Assembly (NCBI GenBank): GCA_963726745.1
Contig: CAVSDR010000003.1
Span: forward strand, 576,001 to 640,000
DNA: 64,000 nt
Reading direction: 5' to 3'
DNA from: an uncultured Verrucomicrobiae bacterium
GTDB taxonomy: Bacteria > Verrucomicrobiota > Verrucomicrobiia > Chthoniobacterales > UBA10450
Under the pieces are notes generated by a model. The model was not told where the DNA came from and searched no databases. It was given only the letters and a program-made list of their open reading frames with translations. This document shows positions 9,492-19,346 of the stretch, one piece after another (within the stretch, counting starts at the first letter, position 1; each line of letters begins with the position of its first letter). A program made the position numbers and the translations under genes.

Positions 9492-10936
9492 TGAAAACGA
9501 GACGACAACTAGAACAGGGCAGCGTCCTCATCTGGACGATTCTCATCATCACCATTCTCTCGATGGTCGCGGCCGAATTGCTCCAGGTCGTCTCCGCAAA
9601 ATACTTCACCGCCCTCCATACCTCCGTCTGGCAGGAGTCGCTCCTCGCGGCCGAATCTGGCGTCGATTTGGCGATCGTCGAATTGCGGAAATCGCTCTAT
9701 CCGCCGCCGAACAACGCCTGGAGCGGCTGGACCAACAGTCCCGGCGCCGGCGTGACCAGCTACGGCCTCACGACCATTCCAAACGCCGGACTCGCGGGCA
9801 CGCCGATGAACATCGAGGTCAATGTGGATGCGCCGCTGCAGCTGCGCGACCCGGCTAATTCCTGGCAATACTATCGCATCCGCACTGTCGGCACGATGCC
9901 GCTCACCGGCCCGGTGCGCGCGGGCGACAACCGCCAGGACACGCGCCTGCGGAAGCTCAGCCTGCGCTGGGAGCGCTTCATGAATACCTCGGACACCTCG
10001 CCCGAGCTGAGCACGCCGCGCGTCTCCCGCCGCATCGAGGCGATCGTGCGCCCCGTCTCCGCTTTCGACCAGGCGATCATGAGCGTCGGCTCGCTCGACC
10101 TGACCGATCATAACATCGTGATCGACAGCTACGACTCACGCGATCCGGCGAAGTCGACCAGTGGCCTCTACGATGTGGCCAAGCGCCAGCAGCACGGAAA
10201 CATCGCGACCGACGGCAACCTGATCAACGCCGGCAACGCCTACATCTTCGGCGACGTCGCGACCAATGCCGGCACGGTCAATGGCACCGCAAATATCACC
10301 GGCATCCAGCGGACCGATTTCTACCAGGAACCCATCCCGGTGGGCGCGCCGAACTGGCCCTCGATCAATGCTTCCACCACTACAGTCACGAACACGACCA
10401 CGCTGCCGGCCAACGCCGTGGAAGGCTCCGCTGCCTCACGTTTTGTGCTCAACTCCGTGAGCCTCTCCGGCAATCAAACGCTCACGCTCAGCGGCGCCGC
10501 AAATGGCTCCACCACCTACATCGAGATCTACGTGACCGGCGACGTCGATGCCAGCGGCAATGCCCAGATCGTGGTCGCTCCGGGGGTCAAAGCGAAGCTC
10601 TACTTCTCCGGGAATGTAAAAATCGCTGGCAACGGCTTGGTCAATTCCAACAACCAGCCGGGTGACCTCCTGATGTATGGCGTCACGCCGCTCAACTCCT
10701 CCACTCCGCGCAGCATCGCGATCAGCGGAAACGCACAGCTTTCCGCCGCCGTCTACGCGCCCTCTTTTGACGTCGAGATCAACAACGGCGGCACCCGCGG
10801 GAGCGTCTTTGGTTCCTTCGTCGGTAAGAGCGTCACCATGGTCGGCGTGACCGATCTACACTACGACGAAGCGCTCGGTGCCGGCGGCACGATCAACAAT
10901 TATAAGATCGTGAGCTGGTTCGAGGACACTCGGTAG
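9491..10936 (+). CDS. PilX-like protein with a C-terminal beta-solenoid/adhesin-like domain
   Basis: QG|SVLIWT and AAESGVD PilX-type N-terminus; IDSYDS, repeated SGN, AVYAP and LHYDEAL in the C-terminal part. Confidence 0.7.
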   Translation: MKTRRQLEQGSVLIWTILIITILSMVAAELLQVVSAKYFTALHTSVWQESLLAAESGVDLAIVELRKSLYPPPNNAWSGWTNSPGAGVTSYGLTTIPNAGLAGTPMNIEVNVDAPLQLRDPANSWQYYRIRTVGTMPLTGPVRAGDNRQDTRLRKLSLRWERFMNTSDTSPELSTPRVSRRIEAIVRPVSAFDQAIMSVGSLDLTDHNIVIDSYDSRDPAKSTSGLYDVAKRQQHGNIATDGNLINAGNAYIFGDVATNAGTVNGTANITGIQRTDFYQEPIPVGAPNWPSINASTTTVTNTTTLPANAVEGSAASRFVLNSVSLSGNQTLTLSGAANGSTTYIEIYVTGDVDASGNAQIVVAPGVKAKLYFSGNVKIAGNGLVNSNNQPGDLLMYGVTPLNSSTPRSIAISGNAQLSAAVYAPSFDVEINNGGTRGSVFGSFVGKSVTMVGVTDLHYDEALGAGGTINNYKIVSWFEDTR

Positions 10937-10943
10937 GCCACGC

Positions 10944-11597
10944 CTAACGAGTTGCCGGCTGTTCGCGCAGGAGATGGCTCGTGTCCGCCAGGAGGGTGGT
11001 CACCCCGTCCGGCGCGGTCATGTCATAATACCCGCGAATCACGCCCTTCCGGTCGACCAGGGCGGCGTTCGTGCTGTGAATCGGGAACCCGGTTTCCTCG
11101 GCGCCATCCGAGGCCGCGAGATGAAAGCCACGCTGGATTAGCGCGTAAATTTCCGCGCGCGGGCCGGTGAGAAAATCCCACCGCCCCGGCCGTGCCTTTA
11201 GCCGCTCGGCGTAATCTTTCAGAACTGCGGGCGTATCGTTCTCTGGGTCGACACTGAAGGAGACGAGGTGCACATCGGAATTTTCCAGGGGCCGCTGCAT
11301 CTCCGCCATGCGGCTACTGATGATCGGGCATGGGCCTGGGCACTGGGTGAAAACGAAGTCGGCGATCCAGATCTTGCCGGCTAATTCCGCCGAGCCAAAG
11401 GGCTGGCTATTTTGATTCGTTAGGCGGAACTCCGGAACGCTCCCAAGCTCCCGCAGGACACGCTCGCCGTGCGCGCGCACCTGCGCCTGCCGCAGGCCGA
11501 AGAGCAAGGCCGCGGTGACCAGCGGCAGGGCGATGAGGAAAGCGAGCCAGGCGATCGACTTGAACGAACGCGCTGGCGTAGTGCGCGCCGCGCTCAC
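10944..11597 (-). CDS. SCO family copper chaperone
   Basis: FTQCPGPCP (CxxxC), SVDPENDT, conserved His in IHS. Confidence 0.92.
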   Translation of the reverse strand: MSAARTTPARSFKSIAWLAFLIALPLVTAALLFGLRQAQVRAHGERVLRELGSVPEFRLTNQNSQPFGSAELAGKIWIADFVFTQCPGPCPIISSRMAEMQRPLENSDVHLVSFSVDPENDTPAVLKDYAERLKARPGRWDFLTGPRAEIYALIQRGFHLAASDGAEETGFPIHSTNAALVDRKGVIRGYYDMTAPDGVTTLLADTSHLLREQPATR

Positions 11598-12511
11598 GAT
11601 TTTGTCGCCACCAGTAGCGCGAGCAGGAGCGGCAGGTAAATGATCGAGCCGAGGAACAGTTGCCGCGCGCGCCTCACCTCGCGGTCCCAGGCAAAACGAA
11701 GCGCGAGCACGAGGAACAATCCGCTGGCTAGAATTGCCAGCGGCAGGGCCAGGCGCGAAGTGATGTTGAGCAAGGCTGGAGTCGCGCTCGCGGCCAGCAG
11801 GAGCACAGAAAAGAAAACGCTCTGCCGTCCGCTGCGCGCGCCATCGCGGTCACGGCTCGAGAGCATGCGGAAGCCCGCGCGGGCGTAGTCTTCGCGATAC
11901 ATCCAGGAGATGGCGAAGAAGTGCGGCATCTGCCAGCAGAAGAGAATCGCAAACAAGCTCCAGGCGCCCCAGCCGAGCTCGCCGCGGGCGGCGGCCCACC
12001 CGATCATCGGCGGGAGCGCGCCCGGAATCGCGCCCACAAGGGTATTTGTGGTGCTGAGGCGCTTCAAGGGAGTGTAGGCGAGGAGGTAAATCGCGATCGT
12101 GGCCAGGGCGAGCAGGGCGCTTAGACCATTGCAGGCCCACGCCAGGTAGAGCACGCCGCCTAACGAGAGCAAGCTGCCGACGACGAGCGCATCGCGGGGC
12201 AACATCCGGCCGGCGGGGATCGGCCGCGCGCGCGTCCGGTGCATCAAGGCATCGAGCCGGCGCTCCCACCATTGGTTCAGGGCGGCCGCGCCCGCTGCGG
12301 CCAGCGCGGTTCCGAAAACCGCGTGCATCAACGCCAACCCGCCTACTTCCTCGGGTGCGCCAAGGTAAAAACCAACCGCCGTCGTCAGAAGGACGAGCAG
12401 AGTCAGCCGCGCCTTGACCAACTCGGCAAAGTCTCCAACAACGCGGCTGCGGGCCGCGTCCTTGGCGGCGGGTGTTTCCAGCGCGGGCACATCGAGCACG
12501 ACCGTCTTCAA
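11594..12511 (-). CDS. ctaB: Protoheme IX farnesyltransferase (heme O synthase)
   Basis: DALMHRTRARPIP, YTPLKR, GAIPGALPP, WQMPHF. Confidence 0.95.
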   Translation of the reverse strand: MKTVVLDVPALETPAAKDAARSRVVGDFAELVKARLTLLVLLTTAVGFYLGAPEEVGGLALMHAVFGTALAAAGAAALNQWWERRLDALMHRTRARPIPAGRMLPRDALVVGSLLSLGGVLYLAWACNGLSALLALATIAIYLLAYTPLKRLSTTNTLVGAIPGALPPMIGWAAARGELGWGAWSLFAILFCWQMPHFFAISWMYREDYARAGFRMLSSRDRDGARSGRQSVFFSVLLLAASATPALLNITSRLALPLAILASGLFLVLALRFAWDREVRRARQLFLGSIIYLPLLLALLVATKS

Positions 12512-13542
12512 AACGCCGCGACCTCCTCACGTCGAAGCGGGCGGACCGCAACCGTCGCGGTCTCACGCGCACGCAAGCGCAGCGCGAGCGCACAGATGCT
12601 CACGCCTAACGAGAGCATGGTCGCCCCCACCGCGACGTGCGCAGTCGCAACATCGGCGGGCTTGTTGTACCAGATCGTGGCCGCTCCGAGCGTGATCTGG
12701 CAGGCGAGAAAGAACACCCAGAGCGACGAAAGAACGCGCAAAAGCGCGAACCGGCCATCTGCCCGCCGACGCAGGGCGATCCAATAGGTGACCACGCCCG
12801 CGAAGATCAACCCCGCCATGCCGCGATGCGCCATTTGCAGCCAAATCTGGCCCGCGGTCACATTGGAAAGCGCTTGGGCATCGCGCCATTCGTTCACCGC
12901 GATCAGATGCTCCGCGCTCGTGTCCGGCAAAACCCGGCCGTAGGCGGTGGGGAAATCGAGAATGGAAAGATCGCGGTGCTGATGCCGCATGGTCGCGCCC
13001 AAGCCGAGAGTGAAATAAATGCAGAGCGTCGTGATCAGCGGAAGCCAAAGGTGCGCGGAAGGAAGCTGACCCTTGAGGGCGCCCCAGGTGCGGGAATTAG
13101 CCAGCGAGATCACAACCAGTAAACCGAGGAAAGCCTGCGCCAGGAGCGCATGAAAAATCCCGATCTCATCCTTCAACATCGTGACCCGCAACCCCCCAAG
13201 CAGACCCTGCAATATTACGGCACCAAGCGCGGCCCAGCCGAGGACGCGCATCCAGCGGCGCTCATCTGCCCGCCACGTCCAGACCGCAAGAATGATCGTA
13301 AGAAAGCCAACCGTGCTCGCGAGCAGGCGGTGCGTGTGCTCGAAGAAAATTCCGCCGACCCATTGGGAAACGGGGAAAAGGAACATGTTGTAGCCAAAGG
13401 TCGTCGGCCAATCCGGCACTGCCAGGCCCACGCCTTTACTCGTGACCATGCCGCCACTGCAGATCAGAAAAAGGGTAGTCGCCGCCAGCAGCCAGCTGAA
13501 GCGTTGCCGCCAGGAATTGGTTCTCGCCGGTGATGCGCTCAT
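12508..13542 (-). CDS. ctaA: Heme A synthase (COX15/CtaA)
   Basis: GLAVPDWPT, FEHTHR, IFHA, MAHR and TAHV His motifs. Confidence 0.9.
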   Translation of the reverse strand: MSASPARTNSWRQRFSWLLAATTLFLICSGGMVTSKGVGLAVPDWPTTFGYNMFLFPVSQWVGGIFFEHTHRLLASTVGFLTIILAVWTWRADERRWMRVLGWAALGAVILQGLLGGLRVTMLKDEIGIFHALLAQAFLGLLVVISLANSRTWGALKGQLPSAHLWLPLITTLCIYFTLGLGATMRHQHRDLSILDFPTAYGRVLPDTSAEHLIAVNEWRDAQALSNVTAGQIWLQMAHRGMAGLIFAGVVTYWIALRRRADGRFALLRVLSSLWVFFLACQITLGAATIWYNKPADVATAHVAVGATMLSLGVSICALALRLRARETATVAVRPLRREEVAAF

Positions 13543-13614
13543 CTCGTCACCTAATATACGAATGCACCGGAGCCTCAGCCGTCGGGCGAATGATATCGCC
13601 GGCTGCGCGCACGC

Positions 13615-14532
13615 CTACTGGCCCCCGGGAGGCGGTGTACTGCCGGCCGCGGGCGGCAAGGTGGCAGTCGGGTCAGCCGTCTTCGGCGCGCCCGGAGGCG
13701 GCACCGTCCCTTGGTTGGATTCCGGTCCGGGTTCACCCGGCGGACGCACCAGCGGCGGCGGCGCACTGGCCGTGCCCGCGAGCTCGGCGCGCTCCTTCAA
13801 CCAGGCCTGGTAATCCTCCGGAGTGTCGACCACAACCATGCCCTTCATGCTGTAATGGCCGAGGCCGCAAAGCTGACCGCAGACCACCTCGTAGTTCCCG
13901 GTCTTGATTGGGGTGAACCACATCGGGATGATCTGGCCGGGAATCGCGTCCTGCGCGATACGCATCGCCGGCAGGGCGAAATTATGGATCACATCCTTCG
14001 ACGACAGTTCGATGATCACCGGCCGGTTCACCGGCACGTGCAATTCTCCGAGCGCGACGAGATCGTCCTTCCCTTCCGGGCTCGCGGGATCGAGACCAAG
14101 CGGGTTCGAGGTGCTGACTAACGAGACATCGCGCCGGCCAAACTCGCCATCCGGCCCGGGAAGGTGGTAGTTCCAGTTAAACTGCTGGCCGACGACGTGG
14201 ACCAGGAGCGCATTGCTCGCATCCGGAAAATCGTTTACCCGCTTGGCCCAAAGCGGAATCGCAAAGCCAACCAGCAACACCGCCTCGATCAAAACGACGG
14301 CAAATTCCAAGTGCGTCGAGATGCCGCTTTTGACGCCTTCGTGATCGGCTTTCGGGTTCCGGCTCTTGTGAAAGCGGATCAGCACGTAGACGAAAAAAGC
14401 CGACCACCCAAGGAAGAGCGCGCCCATAAACCAGTGGCTGAACTCCAGGATATGGTCGATCTGGAAGCCGTGCGCCGAGGCGTTCGGCGGCTGGCCCAGA
14501 AATTCGTTAATCAGCGCGAGGCAATTAGTCAT
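13615..14532 (-). CDS. coxB: Cytochrome c oxidase subunit II
   Basis: Two TM helices, GQQFNW, DVIHNF, QDAIPG, CuA motif CGQLCGLGHYSM. Confidence 0.93.
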   Translation of the reverse strand: MTNCLALINEFLGQPPNASAHGFQIDHILEFSHWFMGALFLGWSAFFVYVLIRFHKSRNPKADHEGVKSGISTHLEFAVVLIEAVLLVGFAIPLWAKRVNDFPDASNALLVHVVGQQFNWNYHLPGPDGEFGRRDVSLVSTSNPLGLDPASPEGKDDLVALGELHVPVNRPVIIELSSKDVIHNFALPAMRIAQDAIPGQIIPMWFTPIKTGNYEVVCGQLCGLGHYSMKGMVVVDTPEDYQAWLKERAELAGTASAPPPLVRPPGEPGPESNQGTVPPPGAPKTADPTATLPPAAGSTPPPGGQ

Positions 14533-14785
14533 ACTGGTTCAAATCTTCCTGCACCAACTCCTGGTGCGGCTCGAGCGGCATGCGGGCGTGACGCCACAGG
14601 TGAAAACCAAAAACGCTGACGCCCCCGAGGACGGACATGACCGCGCCCATGAGGAACCAAATCGCTATTGCCATGCTCTGGGTCGATTTCGAATTCGGCG
14701 CGCCATAACAGACGGCACAGGCCATGGCTTGACCCATTTGGGTCCCGAGCAAAAGCGCGAGCGTAACCAGCAACTTCATTCTCAT
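14525..14785 (-). CDS. Small exported/membrane protein with CxxC, in the cox operon
   Basis: Signal peptide followed by ACAVCYG and a TM helix; overlaps both neighbours. Confidence 0.65.
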   Translation of the reverse strand: MRMKLLVTLALLLGTQMGQAMACAVCYGAPNSKSTQSMAIAIWFLMGAVMSVLGGVSVFGFHLWRHARMPLEPHQELVQEDLNQYD

Positions 14786-14991
14786 GTGAAGATCCTTAGG
14801 CGTTTCATTTTCCGATAAAACCAGATGCCGTAGACGAAGAGCCCCACGGCGGCAGCAAAGGAGACGGTCGCTCCCAAAGTGTAGGCGGAGGTGGCGAGGA
14901 CGACATTCAGCCAGATGCACCAGCTTCCAAGCGCCAGCGCGAGAAGCACGGAGAAGGTGATGAAAACGAAATGAAAACCTTTAAGCGACAT
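14782..14991 (-). CDS. Small membrane protein in the cox operon
   Basis: 69 aa, two TM helices, MSLKGFH..FI start, tight operon packing. Confidence 0.65.
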   Translation of the reverse strand: MSLKGFHFVFITFSVLLALALGSWCIWLNVVLATSAYTLGATVSFAAAVGLFVYGIWFYRKMKRLRIFT

Positions 14992-14993
14992 AG

Positions 14994-15335
14994 CTAGCGA
15001 CTGACCGGGTCATACCAGGCAAAGTAAGTAAGCCAAAACAAGGCGAGCACGAAGAAACCAGTGAAGATAAGCACGCGGTAGATGAGTTTTTTCTCCGCCG
15101 CGAGGTGCATGAAGATGGCGGCTACGAGGCAAGCCTTGAAGGTCGCCACAAGCATGCCGATGGCCATGTTTGCCTTGTGCGAGCCGAAGTCGACATAGGA
15201 GAGGAAGACCGTCAGCGCAGTGAAGACGATGAGGACCGCGCCGACCATGAGGTATTTTTTGACGTGGTGCGAAACGTCATGCGCATAAGCCTCATGCTCG
15301 CTCGGATCGGGAGTGACGTCGGGCGGGTTGTTCAT
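14994..15335 (-). CDS. Cytochrome c oxidase subunit IV family protein
   Basis: Three TM helices and the ATFKA-LVAAIFMHL motif. Confidence 0.88.
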   Translation of the reverse strand: MNNPPDVTPDPSEHEAYAHDVSHHVKKYLMVGAVLIVFTALTVFLSYVDFGSHKANMAIGMLVATFKACLVAAIFMHLAAEKKLIYRVLIFTGFFVLALFWLTYFAWYDPVSR

Positions 15336-15337
15336 AT

Positions 15338-16213
15338 TTAGAGGAGGTAAAACAGCGGGAAGACGAAGATCCAAACCAGGTCGACAAAGTGCCAGAACAA
15401 GCCGGCCACCTCAACTCGGTTGGCCAAATGTTCCGGGTTCCGCTTGTAGAGATTTGCGCCCCACGGCAACCAGAGATAGGCGAACACGATCACGCCTCCG
15501 AGCACGTGCAGGCCGTGCAGGCCGGTGATGGTGAAGTAAGTTGAAAAGAACGTGCTGTGGCGCGGGATAAACATCTCCGCGTGGTCCACATCGGCCTTCT
15601 CGATCACCGCAATTTTATCGGATTTCGGCAGTGGCCAGAAATGCGGGCGATCGCTTAACGGGTCGGTCGGAGCAGCGTTCACCTGGTCGAGTTGGATCTC
15701 GTATTCGTGCACGTTTGGATCGTGCAAGGCCTCGTGATTATGCAGGTGTCCCGTGATCTCGACGCGCGGCTCCAGACCTTTGGCGGCGAGGTGCTGGTTG
15801 CCGAGGTATTCCTCGTATTTTTGCAGCCGGTCCTGGCGGATATAGGCACCAAAATGCTGGAATTTATCCGGCCACTCGTAGGCCAGCTTGACCACGAGGA
15901 AGATGATTCCGCAGAGGATCGTGATCCCCATGTAGAACTTGTATTTACCGAACTGCCGCATCTTTAAGGCAGCCCAAGCGAGGACTACGGTCACGGAAGA
16001 AGCGATCAGCACCGCGGTGTTCATGGTGCCCACGGGGACGTTCAGGAGACCATGCGGCCAGTAGCCCGGAAGCGCATCGAGCCGCAGGAATACGTAAGCG
16101 GAAAAGAGTCCGCCGAAGAGCATCACTTCAGAAGCGAGAAAGAGCCAGATGCCGATCTTCGCGTTCCAAAGCCCGGTGTCCGGACGTGCAGCAGTCGTGT
16201 AAGGAATTTCCAT
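15338..16213 (-). CDS. coxC: Cytochrome c oxidase subunit III
   Basis: [34 protein letters not shown]. Confidence 0.93.
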   Translation of the reverse strand: MEIPYTTAARPDTGLWNAKIGIWLFLASEVMLFGGLFSAYVFLRLDALPGYWPHGLLNVPVGTMNTAVLIASSVTVVLAWAALKMRQFGKYKFYMGITILCGIIFLVVKLAYEWPDKFQHFGAYIRQDRLQKYEEYLGNQHLAAKGLEPRVEITGHLHNHEALHDPNVHEYEIQLDQVNAAPTDPLSDRPHFWPLPKSDKIAVIEKADVDHAEMFIPRHSTFFSTYFTITGLHGLHVLGGVIVFAYLWLPWGANLYKRNPEHLANRVEVAGLFWHFVDLVWIFVFPLFYLL

Positions 16214-16231
16214 GGCGCGTGCTTTTTTCGA

Positions 16232-18118
16232 CTAATGCGTCACCGCAGCCGCTTCCGCGTAGGCGCGGCGATCTCCTTCGGTGACCGGCTCGCTTTGCAT
16301 GGTGAAATCATCCGGTCGGCCGGGCAGGCTGTATTCGTAAGGGCCGCGATAGGCCGTCGGCACCACGTCGAAATTTCCGTGCGGCGGCGGCGAGGGCGCG
16401 TCCCACTCGAGGGTCGTCGCCTTCCAGGGATTGATGTCCACCTTCTCGCCCTTCCAGATGCTCCAGAAGAAATTGATGATAAACGGGACCTGCGCCAGAG
16501 CCATCGTCCAGGCCGCAATCGAGATCGGGATGTTCCAGTGGAAACCGGAGAGACCCCAGACCTTCTCGTTCGCCAGGGCCCAGCCTTGTCCGCCGTCGTA
16601 CCAACGGCGGTGCATGCTCAGCATGCCCTGGAGGAACATCGGCAGAAAGATCACGTTCATGCAGATGAGCGACGGCCAGAAATGCACCTTCCCCCAGAAC
16701 TCGTTCATTCGTCGCCCGGTCGCTTTCGGGAACCAGAAGTAGATCCCAGCGAAGAGCGCGAAAATCGTTCCCGGCGCGACGATGTAATGGAAATGCGCGA
16801 TCACGTAATAGGTGTCGTGCAGGTAAAGATCCGACGAATTGAACGCCAGCGGAATGCCGGTCAGACCGCCAATGCCGAACATCGGCAGGAACGCAGTCGC
16901 GAAGAGCATCGGGGTGTTGAAGCGAATCGATCCGCCCCAGAGCGAGATGAAAAAAGCGCTCAGAATAATAACCGACGGGATGGAAATGATCAGCGTGGTC
17001 GTTTGGAAGAACGCACTCACGACTGCGCCCATGCCGGTGAGCCACATGTGGTGCGCCCAGACGATGAAGGAAAGAAAGCCGAGGACGAGCGCGGCGAAGA
17101 CCAGGCTCTTGTAACCCCAGAGCGGCTTGCGGGTGTTGTTCGCAATGATCTCGGCGACGATGCCCATGCCCGGGAGGATGAGCACGTAGACTTCAGGATG
17201 CCCGAGGAACCAGAACAAGTGCTGCCAAAGAATCGGGCTGCCGCCACCGGCAATTGCCAGCGGTGCGCCGTTCACGACCAAGCCCGTCGGCATGAAAAAG
17301 CTCGTCGCCGCCACGCGATCCATCAGCTGCATGACCACCGCCGCCTCCAGCGGCGGGAAAGCAAGCAGGAGCAGGAACGCGGTGATGAACTGCGCCCAGA
17401 CGAAGAACGGCAAGCGCATCCACGTGAGCCCGCGCGCGCGCAGCTGGATAATCGTGGTGATGAAATTCACCGCGCCCAGGAGCGAGGAAGTAATCAGCAA
17501 GATGAAGCCGATCAGCCACAGATTTTGCCCGTTCCAAAACCAATGATATTCCGGACCCTTATCCGCGATCACCGAGAGCGGCGTATAGGAAGTCCAACCG
17601 CCCTTGGCCGCGCCGCCGGGGACAAAGAAGCTCGCGAGCATGACCACCCCGCCGAGGAAAAACGACCAGTAGCTGGCCATGTTGATCTTCGGGAAGGTCA
17701 TGTCCGGCGCGCCGATCTGCAGCGGCACCACGTAATTTCCGAAGGCCGCGAAGGCCACCGGCACGATCCCGAGGAAGATCATGATCGTGCCATGCATCGC
17801 CCCTAACGAGTTATAAAAGTCCGGCGTCATCATCCCGCCGGGCATGCTTTTGGCCCCAAAAACGTTGCCCAGGATATCGCCCAAAATCGGAATCGCTTTG
17901 CCTGGGAAAGCGAGCTGCCAGCGCATCATCATCATCAGGGTGAACCCGAAGAAGAGGAAGATCAGGCCGGTGATGAGATACTGGATCCCGATGATCTTGT
18001 GATCGGTCGAGAAGACCCATTTCCGCCAGAAGCCGAGCTCGTGATGATCGTGTCCGTGGTCGTGCTGCGGGTCGTGGCCCGCATGGGCGTGGGAAGCGAG
18101 ATCAGTGTGGGCGTCCAT
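16232..18118 (-). CDS. coxA: Cytochrome c oxidase subunit I (A1-type heme-copper oxidase)
   Basis: STDHK, MHG, WFLGHPEVY (A1 Glu), WAHHM, HDTYYVIAHFHY: all ligands present. Confidence 0.96.
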   Translation of the reverse strand: MDAHTDLASHAHAGHDPQHDHGHDHHELGFWRKWVFSTDHKIIGIQYLITGLIFLFFGFTLMMMMRWQLAFPGKAIPILGDILGNVFGAKSMPGGMMTPDFYNSLGAMHGTIMIFLGIVPVAFAAFGNYVVPLQIGAPDMTFPKINMASYWSFFLGGVVMLASFFVPGGAAKGGWTSYTPLSVIADKGPEYHWFWNGQNLWLIGFILLITSSLLGAVNFITTIIQLRARGLTWMRLPFFVWAQFITAFLLLLAFPPLEAAVVMQLMDRVAATSFFMPTGLVVNGAPLAIAGGGSPILWQHLFWFLGHPEVYVLILPGMGIVAEIIANNTRKPLWGYKSLVFAALVLGFLSFIVWAHHMWLTGMGAVVSAFFQTTTLIISIPSVIILSAFFISLWGGSIRFNTPMLFATAFLPMFGIGGLTGIPLAFNSSDLYLHDTYYVIAHFHYIVAPGTIFALFAGIYFWFPKATGRRMNEFWGKVHFWPSLICMNVIFLPMFLQGMLSMHRRWYDGGQGWALANEKVWGLSGFHWNIPISIAAWTMALAQVPFIINFFWSIWKGEKVDINPWKATTLEWDAPSPPPHGNFDVVPTAYRGPYEYSLPGRPDDFTMQSEPVTEGDRRAYAEAAAVTH

Positions 18119-18189
18119 AGGCGAGAGAAGCGAAGCTCGTTTTCGAGGGCGTGGTTTTCAAGAGAAAAGGCGGCGCTTTCACGGCTATT

Positions 18190-19212
18190 TCACGAGCGTG
18201 ACGCGTTGGCGGCGTTTTTGGGCAAAACTTCCGGAACGGTTTCTTCCTCGGCCAGTTGCACCGCGCGAAACCGGCGGAGGGAATGGGTCGCCAAACTCTC
18301 CTCAAAGAGGTCGCGATTGATCGCCTGCGCGGCCGTCGCCCCCTGCCCCGCGGCGATGATCATCTGGCAATTAGCCGGCGTCACGCAGCCGGCGGCGTAG
18401 ACCCCTTTGACGCTCGTGTGCAGGCAATGGTCGACCTCGATCTGGCCATCGGAGTCGAGCTTCGCGCCCAGCGATTCCGCCAGCTCCGTGTGGAAAACAT
18501 CGCCGCGCGTTGTGAAAAGATTGTCGATCTCCACCTTGCGTCCATCGGCGAAGCGCAAGGCAAGGATCTTCCGGTCGCGATGCTCCACATCGGCAATTTT
18601 CTCCCGGTATACCGGGATCTCATACTCCTCGATCCAGGCTGCGTGTTGCGCGCTCCAGCGCGGCTTTTCGCCGTTGGTTGCGATGACTACGCAGGGCGAA
18701 TAAGTCAAAATCCCGAGCGCATACTCGACCGCGTCATCGTTGGCTCCGCAGATGGCGACGTTCTTCCCCTTGACCCGCCAGCCGTCGCAGTCCTTGCAAA
18801 AAAACATGCTGTGTCCCAGGCATTCCTTCACCCCGGGGATGTCCGGCGGGATGTGGAAAATCCCCGTTGCCAGCAGGAGCCGCTTCGCCCGATAGGTCTG
18901 CCGCTTTCCGCGGACGGTGAATTCTCCTTCCTTCGGTTCGATCGCGACAATCTCGTCCTCCGCGAAGCGCACCTCGTGCTGCTCCGCCTGTTCGCGCCCG
19001 CGCTTCAGCAGATCCTCGCCGCCCACGCCACCGGGGAAGCCGAGATAATTCCACACTTCCGGCTCCCACTTTGCCATTGAATGGCCGGAATCGATCACGA
19101 GCGCGGCGCGCCGCGCGCGGCCAAGATAAATCGCCGCCGAGAGGCCGGCAATTCCGCCGCCGATCACGATCACTTCCGGCCGGGCCGGATCCTCCACATC
19201 GTTCGGTCGCAT
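18190..19212 (-). CDS. Thioredoxin reductase-like NAD(P)/FAD oxidoreductase
   Basis: GGGIAG FAD motif, LATG, CKDCDG (CxxC), TSVKGVYAAG. Confidence 0.85.
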   Translation of the reverse strand: MRPNDVEDPARPEVIVIGGGIAGLSAAIYLGRARRAALVIDSGHSMAKWEPEVWNYLGFPGGVGGEDLLKRGREQAEQHEVRFAEDEIVAIEPKEGEFTVRGKRQTYRAKRLLLATGIFHIPPDIPGVKECLGHSMFFCKDCDGWRVKGKNVAICGANDDAVEYALGILTYSPCVVIATNGEKPRWSAQHAAWIEEYEIPVYREKIADVEHRDRKILALRFADGRKVEIDNLFTTRGDVFHTELAESLGAKLDSDGQIEVDHCLHTSVKGVYAAGCVTPANCQMIIAAGQGATAAQAINRDLFEESLATHSLRRFRAVQLAEEETVPEVLPKNAANASRS

Positions 19213-19346
19213 CATAAGCTTGCCAGTGATTCGTTTGCCGACGGGATGGTGGCGCGGGAAATCTTTTGCCGCCGGTGGTTGCGCAGCGGCGCGGCGGTGG
19301 TCATCTTCGCCCCGGCGCCGTCTTTTTCCGTCGCTCTTTTTCCCCG

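Noticed and set aside
16052..17806. Long antisense ORFs (also 33843-35423, 27983-29221, 3542-4906, 31130-32419)
   Set aside because: Shadow ORFs opposite well-supported genes, as expected at high GC; no recognisable motifs.
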